A stretch of 64,000 nucleotides of DNA, from NCBI GenBank assembly GCA_029856365.1, contig JAHQWW010000002.1, positions 69,098 to 133,097 of the forward strand, written 5' to 3'. This document shows, piece after piece, positions 44,329 through 53,346 of the stretch. Both the position numbers and the translations under genes were made by a program. The DNA comes from Candidatus Hodarchaeota archaeon (GTDB lineage Archaea; Asgardarchaeota; Heimdallarchaeia; Hodarchaeales; Hodarchaeaceae). Numbering within the stretch: position 1 is the first letter of the stretch; every line of letters begins with the position of its first letter. The notes beneath the pieces were generated by a model. The model searched no databases. It was not told the origin of the DNA and saw nothing but the letters and a program-made list of their open reading frames with translations.

Positions 44329-44559
44329 TTAGCCTCCACCTATTCCAAACAAGATCATGATAGCTATTACAAAACCAAGGACAACTAATGTTTCAGGAAT
44401 GGCAAGAAGCACTAATGCTAAACCTCTTTCTTCTGGTCTTTCCGCAATTAACCCCGCTACGGCTGAACCAATGTGGGATTGAGCTAAACCAGTTCCCAAT
44501 GCACAAAGTCCAATTGATATTGCTGCAGCAATAAAACCAACATCTGTCATTTTCTTCAC
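44329..44559 (-). CDS. atpK: A/V-type ATPase proteolipid subunit K/c (single hairpin)
   Basis: AQSHIG...AERPE...AIPETLVVLG. Confidence 0.95.
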   Translation of the reverse strand: MKKMTDVGFIAAAISIGLCALGTGLAQSHIGSAVAGLIAERPEERGLALVLLAIPETLVVLGFVIAIMILFGIGGG

Positions 44560-44566
44560 CTAAATT

Positions 44567-46510
44567 TTACTGATTTATTATTTGTGTGTCAATATACCCA
44601 AAGGGTTTATATTCTATTCCACCACCTAGGTAAAAATGGCTCATAAATTCATACATGTTCAAACGTAAAGCTTGAATACTGGGACTTATTATAATTATCA
44701 CGAAATTTAATACGTGTAATGCAAAACCAAAAGGTATTCCAATTACTCCAAGTGTTCCATCAAAGATGAACATGTTGGCGATATTAGCTATAATTATACC
44801 TACTAATCCTATAGCCATAAGTCGAGCAAATGACAATATATTAGTAAGAATTTCAAGAGGTTGAATTACACCTGCTATACCCTCAAACTGTATCATACTT
44901 AGTATTGATAGAAGAAGAATAATCATCATTAGGTAAAGCAATTGCAGATGTAAAAAGATAACATCAATAACACTCAAACCAATTGCAATTAACATTATTA
45001 AAGTTGACAGCGATATTTTTGTCATGTGGGGATCATGTACCATAATTCCATTAATTAGACCAAGTGAAATCGATAATACAATAATGAAATATGCAAAAAC
45101 AAGAGTTATCACAAGATATTCAATTATTGATACAGATCGATCAAATAATGGGTAGAAATCAAAGTTAATGATCTTAAAAACTCTAGATGGGATATCCCCA
45201 AAAAATTCGCCATAAATAACTCCAAAAATCGCAGTAATAAAGCCTGTGTAAACAAGAATCAAAGTTAACTGTTTAATGCTTTCATTTTTCATTTTTTTAT
45301 GAATAATTATGGCGAGGATTATAATAGTGAGAGCATAACCAACATCACCGACCATAAAACCCCAGAATAATGGCCAAAAGAAAGCAATCATAAAAATCGC
45401 ATCATAACTCCCATATTTAGGTTTTCCTAATAAATCAGAAAATAACGCAAATGGTTTTATAATTCGGGGTATTTTTCTGAGAATTGGAACATTCTCATCC
45501 CTTGAATCGACTTTATCAATAAAAATACTTACTTTTTCCCCTAATATTATTTTTAGATCGTCTTGAAAGAAATTCATTTTTGTTTCAGGGAAGTATCCAA
45601 AGATCATGAATGTATACTTTGTTAGTTTCACATGATTGATCAATTCTGTTAAGGAGAGCTTTTCATTAACAATCTGAATAAGCTTGTCTACTACTGGTTT
45701 ATTCTCTAAGATAATATTCTTGATTTTACTTTGTAGTTCTAAGACTTCTATTTCCATTTGTTTTGTCCGTTCAAAATTAATTTCAATAATCATTCTTTTA
45801 ACGGGTCGCTCTAAAGTATCAAAATTTGTCTCAGAGACCATGATTTTATGTTGTTCTACAACTTTGTACACTGCTGATAAATCATGAGCCAGGGCTACAA
45901 GTACCAGATATTTTTCACTCATTGTATTAAGGTATATCTCAACTGGATTTTTACTTTCTTCATTGATTTCGTTCATCAATTGCTCAATGAGCAGTTCTGA
46001 TTTCTCTAAAATAAAAAATGTATATTGTAAAGTTGTATTTTTAGAAAGCTTTTTTAAAAGAGGTTCTAAATTAGATGAATAATCCTTATAAAGTGAATGC
46101 ACATCTAAAATTTTGTTTAATTCAACAATTCTTTCTTGATATCTCTGATAATTCTCAGAAATTTCCCGAATCTTGTAATTTATATAGTTTTTAAACTGCT
46201 TTTCTGAAGTTGGGATATCATCTATGGCTAATGATGAGGTTTTTTTCATTTTCTCTTTCGTAAGCTCTAAATTCGTCTTCAGAATGTTGTTTGAAAGATT
46301 TTCAAGAGAAGTTTTTAAAATACTCAATTCATTTTGTAAATTTAAAATCTCATTGAATGATGAATAGAAACTCTTATTTTCCAGATCCAAAACTAAAGAA
46401 TGTTTAAATTTACCAACCTGAAAAACTTGATTGTCATGTAATACTTTAGTTATTTGTAGAAAATCATCACGCAAGCCAGTAATAGACACTTGATACATAG
46501 GTATAATCAT
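44567..46510 (-). CDS. atpI: A/V-type ATPase subunit I/a
   Basis: PKYG, GFMVGDVGY, YGEFFG, LSFARLMA (essential Arg), LRL..YEF. Confidence 0.95.
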   Translation of the reverse strand: MIIPMYQVSITGLRDDFLQITKVLHDNQVFQVGKFKHSLVLDLENKSFYSSFNEILNLQNELSILKTSLENLSNNILKTNLELTKEKMKKTSSLAIDDIPTSEKQFKNYINYKIREISENYQRYQERIVELNKILDVHSLYKDYSSNLEPLLKKLSKNTTLQYTFFILEKSELLIEQLMNEINEESKNPVEIYLNTMSEKYLVLVALAHDLSAVYKVVEQHKIMVSETNFDTLERPVKRMIIEINFERTKQMEIEVLELQSKIKNIILENKPVVDKLIQIVNEKLSLTELINHVKLTKYTFMIFGYFPETKMNFFQDDLKIILGEKVSIFIDKVDSRDENVPILRKIPRIIKPFALFSDLLGKPKYGSYDAIFMIAFFWPLFWGFMVGDVGYALTIIILAIIIHKKMKNESIKQLTLILVYTGFITAIFGVIYGEFFGDIPSRVFKIINFDFYPLFDRSVSIIEYLVITLVFAYFIIVLSISLGLINGIMVHDPHMTKISLSTLIMLIAIGLSVIDVIFLHLQLLYLMMIILLLSILSMIQFEGIAGVIQPLEILTNILSFARLMAIGLVGIIIANIANMFIFDGTLGVIGIPFGFALHVLNFVIIIISPSIQALRLNMYEFMSHFYLGGGIEYKPFGYIDTQIINQ

Positions 46511-46535
46511 TATTATTCGTTCCCTTATGGAGTTA

Positions 46536-46886
46536 TCAAACTTTGATTAGTCTCTTAATCATTAATTCAATCATCCTATCTTTTTTATCAACGATTATCT
46601 TTTCAAGTTGTGAACAATAACTGTTACATTCTCTATCTATCTCTTTGAGGGTTTCTTGGAGCTTGTAGAATACTTCATCCTTCCTTTTCTTCCCACTTGT
46701 TTCAAGTTCTTTTTTTAAATCCTGAAGATCATGTTGGTATTTCCTTTTTACTTCCGAGATCTTCTGTAATTTAGCCATTTGTACTCTATTTATTGCATTT
46801 TGAATTTCTGCTTCTTTTTTATGAATTTCAATGTATAAATTTTCAAGATCTTTATTTGTTTCTCTATTTTCATCCATAATAATCAC
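46536..46886 (-). CDS. atpH: A/V-type ATPase peripheral stalk subunit G/H
   Basis: 116-aa charged coiled coil directly upstream of subunit I. Confidence 0.7.
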   Translation of the reverse strand: MIIMDENRETNKDLENLYIEIHKKEAEIQNAINRVQMAKLQKISEVKRKYQHDLQDLKKELETSGKKRKDEVFYKLQETLKEIDRECNSYCSQLEKIIVDKKDRMIELMIKRLIKV

Positions 46887-46914
46887 TCAGGAGAACACGA
46901 TTCTTTTTTCAAGA

Positions 46915-47916
46915 TTATTTTGTTCCAGGAGATATTGGTTCAACATTAAAATTTATTTTTGATTCGAATTCCTCCTTTAACTGCAATTGAAAGGTCTCAA
47001 TATCTGAAGTTAAGAGAATTCCAGTCACAAAAAAAACAAAATTACTGATATATATATTTCCACTAATTTTTTCCAAGATTTCCAATTTTCTTTCTAATTC
47101 AGGGATAATAACCCTTAATAGTCCTTTATATTCTTTAGCTAGTGAAGCTAGTTGATCATAAAGACTTGTTAGCTCTGATTCGATAGTATCAAGGTGTTCA
47201 TGGATTTCTACAACTGCTTCATGAACTGAAACGTCTTCATATTCCTCTGGCACTTCCATGGGACTACTAATACGCTCTTGTTTAAAAAAATCAAAAATAT
47301 TTGAAAGGTCCTCTTCCAAAATAATTAGAGCTGTTATCTTATCATCTATTACTTCTTCGTATATTTCTACTTCGTCACTACTTGCCTCTCTAATTTTTTC
47401 TATTATAGTGTCAAGTTTAAAACTAGTTTTATCAATAAAGAATACATCATAGTCTTTATAGCTATGTTTTGCCAGTTCATCAATAAGCGGTTTGATTTTT
47501 TTCATAATGTCCTTATATCTGTTGAAAATGAGTAATTTGTGCCTTAAAACATTTATACGGATTTGTACCGAGTGAAATCGATGTTGAATTTCTTTAGTTT
47601 TTTTTTCAGTAAAAAGTAAAAGTTCTTCATTTGTTTTGGGCAAACTTTCCTTTAAGAAAGGGGAAAAATTTTTTACTTCAGGTAAATCTATGTTTATAAC
47701 TGATAATTGATGGTAATATTTCTTGAATTGTATATTGAGATCAGATAATTTTTTTTCAACAATATAACCATGCTCAGTAGATAGATTCATTAACACTGAG
47801 TTGTCAAACTTCTCTATTTTAAAATCACTATTTTCAATAAGAAATTCGACAATATCGAATAAATAATCCTCAACTCCCCACAATAGAATCTTAAACTTTT
47901 CTAACGGGTCAGTCAT
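46915..47916 (-). CDS. Free-standing paralogue of the soluble N-terminal domain of ATPase subunit I/a
   Basis: Colinear resemblance to about residues 1-335 of 44567-46510 at start, middle and end; no TM domain. Confidence 0.7.
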   Translation of the reverse strand: MTDPLEKFKILLWGVEDYLFDIVEFLIENSDFKIEKFDNSVLMNLSTEHGYIVEKKLSDLNIQFKKYYHQLSVINIDLPEVKNFSPFLKESLPKTNEELLLFTEKKTKEIQHRFHSVQIRINVLRHKLLIFNRYKDIMKKIKPLIDELAKHSYKDYDVFFIDKTSFKLDTIIEKIREASSDEVEIYEEVIDDKITALIILEEDLSNIFDFFKQERISSPMEVPEEYEDVSVHEAVVEIHEHLDTIESELTSLYDQLASLAKEYKGLLRVIIPELERKLEILEKISGNIYISNFVFFVTGILLTSDIETFQLQLKEEFESKINFNVEPISPGTK

Positions 47917-48066
47917 CGCTGCTTTCTCACAAAACCAAACATTCTTAATATTTATTTGTTAATATTTTTGATTACATTCTTCAATTGTGACGTAAAATCA
48001 GCCATTAGGGTTTCAGCTTCACTTTGAGAAACAGCTTCCACAGTTATACATTATGTGTTTACCTAA

Positions 48067-48288
48067 TTAGTCATAGTCATTTCGAATCGTCTCATATGAT
48101 TCAATTGAGGTGGGAATTTGACCGTATATCGTAAAAGCAGGTATGACCTTATGATGCTCAGTTGAATGAAATGCTAAAATCTTGCATTTCCATGTTTTAT
48201 AGAATTCCACGACCTCGTTTACAGCTTTATGTGCATCTTCAGAACCATCTATAAAGAGTAATATTTTTTTATACGTAATACCTTTCAC
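48067..48288 (-). pseudogene. Truncated universal stress protein (UspA family)
   Basis: YKKILLFIDGSEDAHKA N-terminus; the C-terminal half is missing. Confidence 0.7.
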
Positions 48289-48422
48289 CTTTCACCATTT
48301 TCTAAAACTACAGTAGTTAGGACTCCATGAATCCCTGAATTTCTTTTATTGAAAATCCTATCATGCTTTCTCCTTTCGTTGTTTAGTTGATTTTCATAAT
48401 ATATGAAAAAATAACTATATTA

Positions 48423-48505
48423 TTTTAACGTTAAAAATAATTATTTAAAAACTTACCTATAATAATAAAACGTAAAATATATATATCATAATATTTAACG
48501 TTTAA
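48423..48505. promoter_or_regulatory. Palindromic operator candidates in the divergent promoter region
   Basis: ttttaacgttaaaa (48423-48436), related copy at 48494-48505, partial copy at about 48467. Confidence 0.45.
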
Positions 48506-48569
48506 TTAAAGTATATAATATTTAATAAATAATTAACAAACATGAGATCAGAGAATATGCTATCATCTA

Positions 48570-49337
48570 TTGTCCATTAAAAATCGAAGTGGTATTATGT
48601 CACCAAACAAGAATAAAATACAAATACAGGATAATAGTGATGAAATCAAATCAAAAATTTGGTTAAAAATTTTCAATAGCAAGATTAAGTTCCGTATTCT
48701 TCAACTTCTCTTTGTGTATGGAGAGCTTAGTCTAACTGAGCTTAGAAAACATATGAATAAGAGTAAACCTGCCTTATATCATCATTTACGAAAAATGATT
48801 GATTTTGGAGTGGTCAAGGTTTCTAAGGAAGAAAAAGTTCGTGGTTCAATCATGGCTAAATACTATAAGCTTGATGAACAAATAGCTCTAAAAATTCAAT
48901 TAATTTCTGATGAAGAATTAAAGAAAATCGAAAATCCAAAAAAACGTCTTAAAACACTTGAAAGTATGATTGATACTTATAAAAGCTCAATATCTTTATT
49001 CAGAAAAAAAATGGACATACTTGATCTTTATACAGACTTTTTAGAGAAAGAAGTACAGGCTAGAGAAGATTCTGATTTGTATCACCTCGATTTTCAGCGA
49101 CTGATCTCTGATTATAATATTGAGTTTTATGCTCAATATCTGACAAAGATACAATATACAAAATTCCTAGAATATTATCAAGATTTTTATTTAAAAATTA
49201 GAGAAATAATCATCAATTATGACTATAGGGAAGATCAAAAGAATGGGAAAATAGCAGAACGACCCTATTTTGTCCTAATGGTGATCATGCCTTTGAAAGA
49301 ATTGTTAGATCTAGAATTAGAAAAAATAAAGAGTTAA
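48570..49337 (+). CDS. ArsR-like winged-helix transcriptional regulator (long form)
   Basis: RILQLL....ELSLTEL....KSKPALYHHLRKM...KYYKL. Confidence 0.85.
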   Translation: MSIKNRSGIMSPNKNKIQIQDNSDEIKSKIWLKIFNSKIKFRILQLLFVYGELSLTELRKHMNKSKPALYHHLRKMIDFGVVKVSKEEKVRGSIMAKYYKLDEQIALKIQLISDEELKKIENPKKRLKTLESMIDTYKSSISLFRKKMDILDLYTDFLEKEVQAREDSDLYHLDFQRLISDYNIEFYAQYLTKIQYTKFLEYYQDFYLKIREIIINYDYREDQKNGKIAERPYFVLMVIMPLKELLDLELEKIKS

Positions 49338-49478
49338 TTCCTTCTAAAAATGATTGCAACATAATTAGGTGTGAAAAAGAAGTAGGTTATCTGTGGAAAC
49401 AATCAAGCATAGCCAAAATCAAGTGAAACAGAATGTGAAAAGTAGAATTCTATCTATACTCGTTAAAGGTGTTTAATT

Positions 49479-49850
49479 ATGGGAATTCATGAATATCATC
49501 ACATCCATTTGAAAATGCCCATTCTTGAGATATGGACTACTCATAAGATGGTAGTTGAGCTGTTTGAACTGTTGAAGTCAAATGGAGTAGAGATTTCAAC
49601 ATTTGATAAAGACTTTAAAAATAAAAACTCAATTATTTCGATTAACAATGGCGCTTTCCATATTAGTATTGAGCAAGAAACAGGAGAAAATGACCAGATA
49701 ATTAGTTTTTATGAATCTGATGCTTCTTTACAACCTCATTTATTACATATTGTGCTCACTTTCGCGAGGGAAAAAGGTTTAAAGATAATAACTAACAAGA
49801 TAAGTAATTTACACCCTGAAGATTACCCTCTCTCTTCCCTCCATGACTGA
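49479..49850 (+). CDS. Hypothetical protein
   Basis: AGGTG SD, 123-aa ORF. Confidence 0.55.
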   Translation: MGIHEYHHIHLKMPILEIWTTHKMVVELFELLKSNGVEISTFDKDFKNKNSIISINNGAFHISIEQETGENDQIISFYESDASLQPHLLHIVLTFAREKGLKIITNKISNLHPEDYPLSSLHD

Positions 49851-49999
49851 TAATCTTCTTTCCGTTTAGGATCATGGTTCGTCTTAACTTTATTAAATAA
49901 TACATACATTTAAAGAGTATCCATATCTTTAAATAAACATTTGAAAAATATAAGAAAATTACGACGGAGCTATATGGCATAAAGGAGAAATACCTAATT

Positions 50000-50728
50000 A
50001 TGACTAATGGAAATGTCTCCTTACGTTTGAATACTGAAAAATTCGCTACAGACAATTCATATGGATTTTTCCTCTTTTTTTTTGACGAAATCAAAGGCCA
50101 TATCCCGCTTTTTGCATATCCTAAGGAGCTACTGATGAATGAAAACGAGAAACGGATAATTTCAGTTCATAGCATTTGGTGGAACCAAGACAAATTCTTA
50201 GAAACACGCAAATTTACTTGTATGGATGTTGAATTAGGAAATCTCGTCTACTCGGCCACACTAGTTCCTTGTCATACGCATAGAATGAAAAGACGCCCTG
50301 GAATGGATTCAATAAAGTGGCAAGACGAACGATTTGTGCTTGTTGTCAGAACACCTTCATTAGTCTCTTTTATTGCTCATGAAATACTACATGAGCTTAA
50401 GACTCGGATTCAAGGCAGTATTGGCGAAAATTTAGGGTTTCTTGTAGAAAATAATATTAGATTGAATGAAGCTTCAGATATTGGAGAATTTCTTAAAAAA
50501 AAGACTAAAAATGTCGAGGAGGAACTCACAAAGCTGTGTACATCACTAATTCCGAAATTCTCTATAGCAAGGCTAGAAGATCAACTGAAAAAAAGCCACC
50601 AGGAAGGAATAACAGAGTCAGAGAATTCTAATATTCTAGAATCCCAAAATCTAGCGCACTCTACAAAACATAAAACGTTACATTTTTCAATACCCACAAG
50701 AAAGAAAACTGAGATTCATGAGGAGTAA
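50000..50728 (+). CDS. uDENN/longin-like domain protein
   Basis: FFFDEIKGHIPLFAYP resembles the FDxxxGP...YP start of uDENN/longin domains. Confidence 0.55.
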   Translation: MTNGNVSLRLNTEKFATDNSYGFFLFFFDEIKGHIPLFAYPKELLMNENEKRIISVHSIWWNQDKFLETRKFTCMDVELGNLVYSATLVPCHTHRMKRRPGMDSIKWQDERFVLVVRTPSLVSFIAHEILHELKTRIQGSIGENLGFLVENNIRLNEASDIGEFLKKKTKNVEEELTKLCTSLIPKFSIARLEDQLKKSHQEGITESENSNILESQNLAHSTKHKTLHFSIPTRKKTEIHEE

Positions 50729-51002
50729 AAAAAGCAGCTCTGACTGTTAATGATATTTTAATCAAGAAGAATTAAGTTTCTGATGGCTTCGGAGTAAGTT
50801 TTGGATTGTAGGAAATAAACAGCTCACAAGCTAATCGTATAGCCTCAGTAATTGCTTCTTTGCTAACAGATTGAAATGAGGAAAATTTGGCGATTTCCCT
50901 CATCACATCACAAAGTGTATCTATATATCGCTAAGTTTATATGACAATACAATCTTATGTGAAATAAAACGAAATCTGTATTAGTTTGGGGATCTTGATT
51001 TT

Positions 51003-51398
51003 ATGGGTCACGAAGATGTAATCTCTGCTTTTGAACAGACCTTCAGGAATATTGATGTTCCAGGAATAGTGAGTATCGTTGATAATGAGGGGATGGTAAT
51101 TTACTCTAATAACCAATTTGAAGAGCTGGACATTCTTCAAGGGATTTATGCCCAACTGTTAACATCTTTTGAGAAAACTGCTTCAGGAGTGTCGAGAGTT
51201 TCCTCAAATCATCTACAAAGTATTAATCTCACTCTTACTAGTGACGATGATAAATCTCTTTCATACGTTGTCTTCGATTTAAACTGGAAAGGGGTCTATT
51301 TTATTATTAGAGCTGAGATTGATTTAATGCACAAAATCCATCCAATTTTAAATGCCCTTATCCCTCAGATTACCAAAGTATTACAATCCGAAGATTAA
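51003..51398 (+). CDS. Roadblock/LC7-like protein
   Basis: alpha-beta-beta-alpha-beta-beta-beta-alpha pattern, IVDNEGMVIYS, 131 aa. Confidence 0.7.
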   Translation: MGHEDVISAFEQTFRNIDVPGIVSIVDNEGMVIYSNNQFEELDILQGIYAQLLTSFEKTASGVSRVSSNHLQSINLTLTSDDDKSLSYVVFDLNWKGVYFIIRAEIDLMHKIHPILNALIPQITKVLQSED

Positions 51399-51593
51399 CA
51401 AGACACTCATAGATTGCGAAAGGATTTCCAATCAAAGATATTCAAGAACCATTGTATCTTTTATTTTTCCTCTCTTCAGTTTTACTAGTTTCGCATAATT
51501 TTAGATCGTTGGGTAAGTTTAGCGTTTTATATAGTAGTTATTTCTTGAGTTGTTTCTGATGGTGTTTAACGTTGGTTATATTCAAAAATGACT

Positions 51594-51627
51594 TCAAAAT
51601 GACTTCATAATATGTCATCGATCGTTG
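51594..51627 (+). repeat. 34-bp dispersed repeat (second copy 63539-63572)
   Basis: tcaaaatgac(tt/aa)cataa(t/a)atg(t/c)catcgatcgttg, 30/34. Confidence 0.8.
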
Positions 51628-51649
51628 TTTAGGTTTTGAAAAGTATATA

Positions 51650-53276
51650 CAATTGTGAGATGTGCGCGAAATTCTAATTTTTTCTTTTTTGACTTCTCGG
51701 GGGAGATGGAAGAACAATAATCCGACGATAATATGATTATTATTGAGCGAGAGAGGTGAGGAAAACATTCGACGAAAAATGCCCATCACACTGCTCTTGC
51801 TCAGTTATGGGGTGATTGTGACCTCGTTTTTAACTATTGTGTATGTCAGAAGCGAGTATTATAAACACTTGTACCAAAACGTCCTGTGGGATAGTTACTC
51901 ACTGGAAAGAATACGGTTATTTTTTCAAAAGATTGCACCACTGTTAAAGCTGATATATCCCATAGTGGATAAATTAAACAAGAGGAGAGGACGACCAGCA
52001 ACCAATAGACGATTTCAATTACGTTTTGTGATTTGGTGGAAATTTTTTGCTCCTGGACCGCAAAAAACTGCAGTAAATAGACTGAACAAGTCACCAGAAC
52101 TCCAACAAATTCTGGAGGCGCCCGTAGATCCATATACTAGGTCAAGTCTACGTCGGTTCCTCAAAGATGCAGGAGAAGAGGGATTCAGACGAATGGGTTT
52201 TTTACTCGGGTTGAAATTGCTCAAGAAAGGGATAATTGATACCTCAAAAGTTGTTTTAGATTCTTTTCCAGTCTATTCGTATTTGAATATGAAAAAATGT
52301 CTAAAAATCCCAAAATTCAATAAAAAACTGGCGAAGCAATTTTATCAGGAATTAAACCTGAACCACATCATCTCCAAATTCCCAAAACAGCGTGCAAACT
52401 CAGCCCCGTTAGTAGACAAATTAAAAGTCTGGATTCACCAGTATTTGTGGGATATTCCCTCCAATCAACGTAACCACTATTATATTTTTGGGAGAACCAA
52501 TCGAAAGGAGGTACTTGGGCTTGAAAAAGGATGGAAGGCGGCAAAAACCTATCAAGATTTCTTAGCTGTCTTGAAAGCTCTTCCCAACACATCTGAGATC
52601 GAATATGCAACCGTGACAGAAGTGGCGCGTGTACTTCGACAGCTGGGAGTAGCTCTTAAGAGTGCCCAATATCAGCGGATAGAAGCCCTTCGTTTCGTGT
52701 TCCATACTCCTCATCGTCTTAAAGATCCAACTATCACCTTAAATTATTGTGCTCCCAAAGATCAACATTTTATGGGACGTGGGGGATTGTTGGCAATATT
52801 ACCTTCCTTAGGAATACCACTATTCTTACAGCTAACTGCAAAGTACAAGCAAAGTGAAGAATCAATTCGAACATTTCTAAAGTCGATGTCTCAACAGTAT
52901 GGAGGACTTTTAAGGGAAATAGAGGTATATGCGGATAGTGAGTTCGGTACCGAGGGAATTAAAGATGCGTTAAAGCGCTTATTTAAGGCCACTCCCTATA
53001 TCGATGTGTATGCTCGGAGTGCTACACGATCTACATTAACAATTGAGCAAAAAAACATCCGTAAGACCGTTGAACGCGTAATTGCCCGTTTAGAAAATAA
53101 TTTCTCCCTTGAACATCCTTCTGTTCTTGGAGATGACTCAGTAGCTATCCATACTCAGCTATGCTTCCTTTGCGATCTGCTTCTTGTTTCGCATAACCTT
53201 TTAACAGGAAATCACACTCACCCCTACTCCCTCTCTTACGTTCGGGGATAAAAGTTTCGAACACCTCTCACCAGGG
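51650..53276 (+). mobile_element. Insertion sequence (DDE transposase, IS5/IS1182-like), about 1.63 kb
   Basis: IRs 51655-51673 and 53253-53271 (15/19); gtatatac on both flanks (51643, 53276), so exact ends and TSD are ambiguous by a few bp. Confidence 0.85.
51743..53251 (+). CDS. DDE transposase
   Basis: RRGRP, VVLDS (D), YADSEF (D), RKTVERVIARL (E). Confidence 0.85.
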   Translation: MSERGEENIRRKMPITLLLLSYGVIVTSFLTIVYVRSEYYKHLYQNVLWDSYSLERIRLFFQKIAPLLKLIYPIVDKLNKRRGRPATNRRFQLRFVIWWKFFAPGPQKTAVNRLNKSPELQQILEAPVDPYTRSSLRRFLKDAGEEGFRRMGFLLGLKLLKKGIIDTSKVVLDSFPVYSYLNMKKCLKIPKFNKKLAKQFYQELNLNHIISKFPKQRANSAPLVDKLKVWIHQYLWDIPSNQRNHYYIFGRTNRKEVLGLEKGWKAAKTYQDFLAVLKALPNTSEIEYATVTEVARVLRQLGVALKSAQYQRIEALRFVFHTPHRLKDPTITLNYCAPKDQHFMGRGGLLAILPSLGIPLFLQLTAKYKQSEESIRTFLKSMSQQYGGLLREIEVYADSEFGTEGIKDALKRLFKATPYIDVYARSATRSTLTIEQKNIRKTVERVIARLENNFSLEHPSVLGDDSVAIHTQLCFLCDLLLVSHNLLTGNHTHPYSLSYVRG

Positions 53277-53346
53277 TATATACTAACCTTATTCTACTAT
53301 AGAAACCAATTTTTTAATCCTCGCGCTCCTCTCAACTCGTGAGAAG

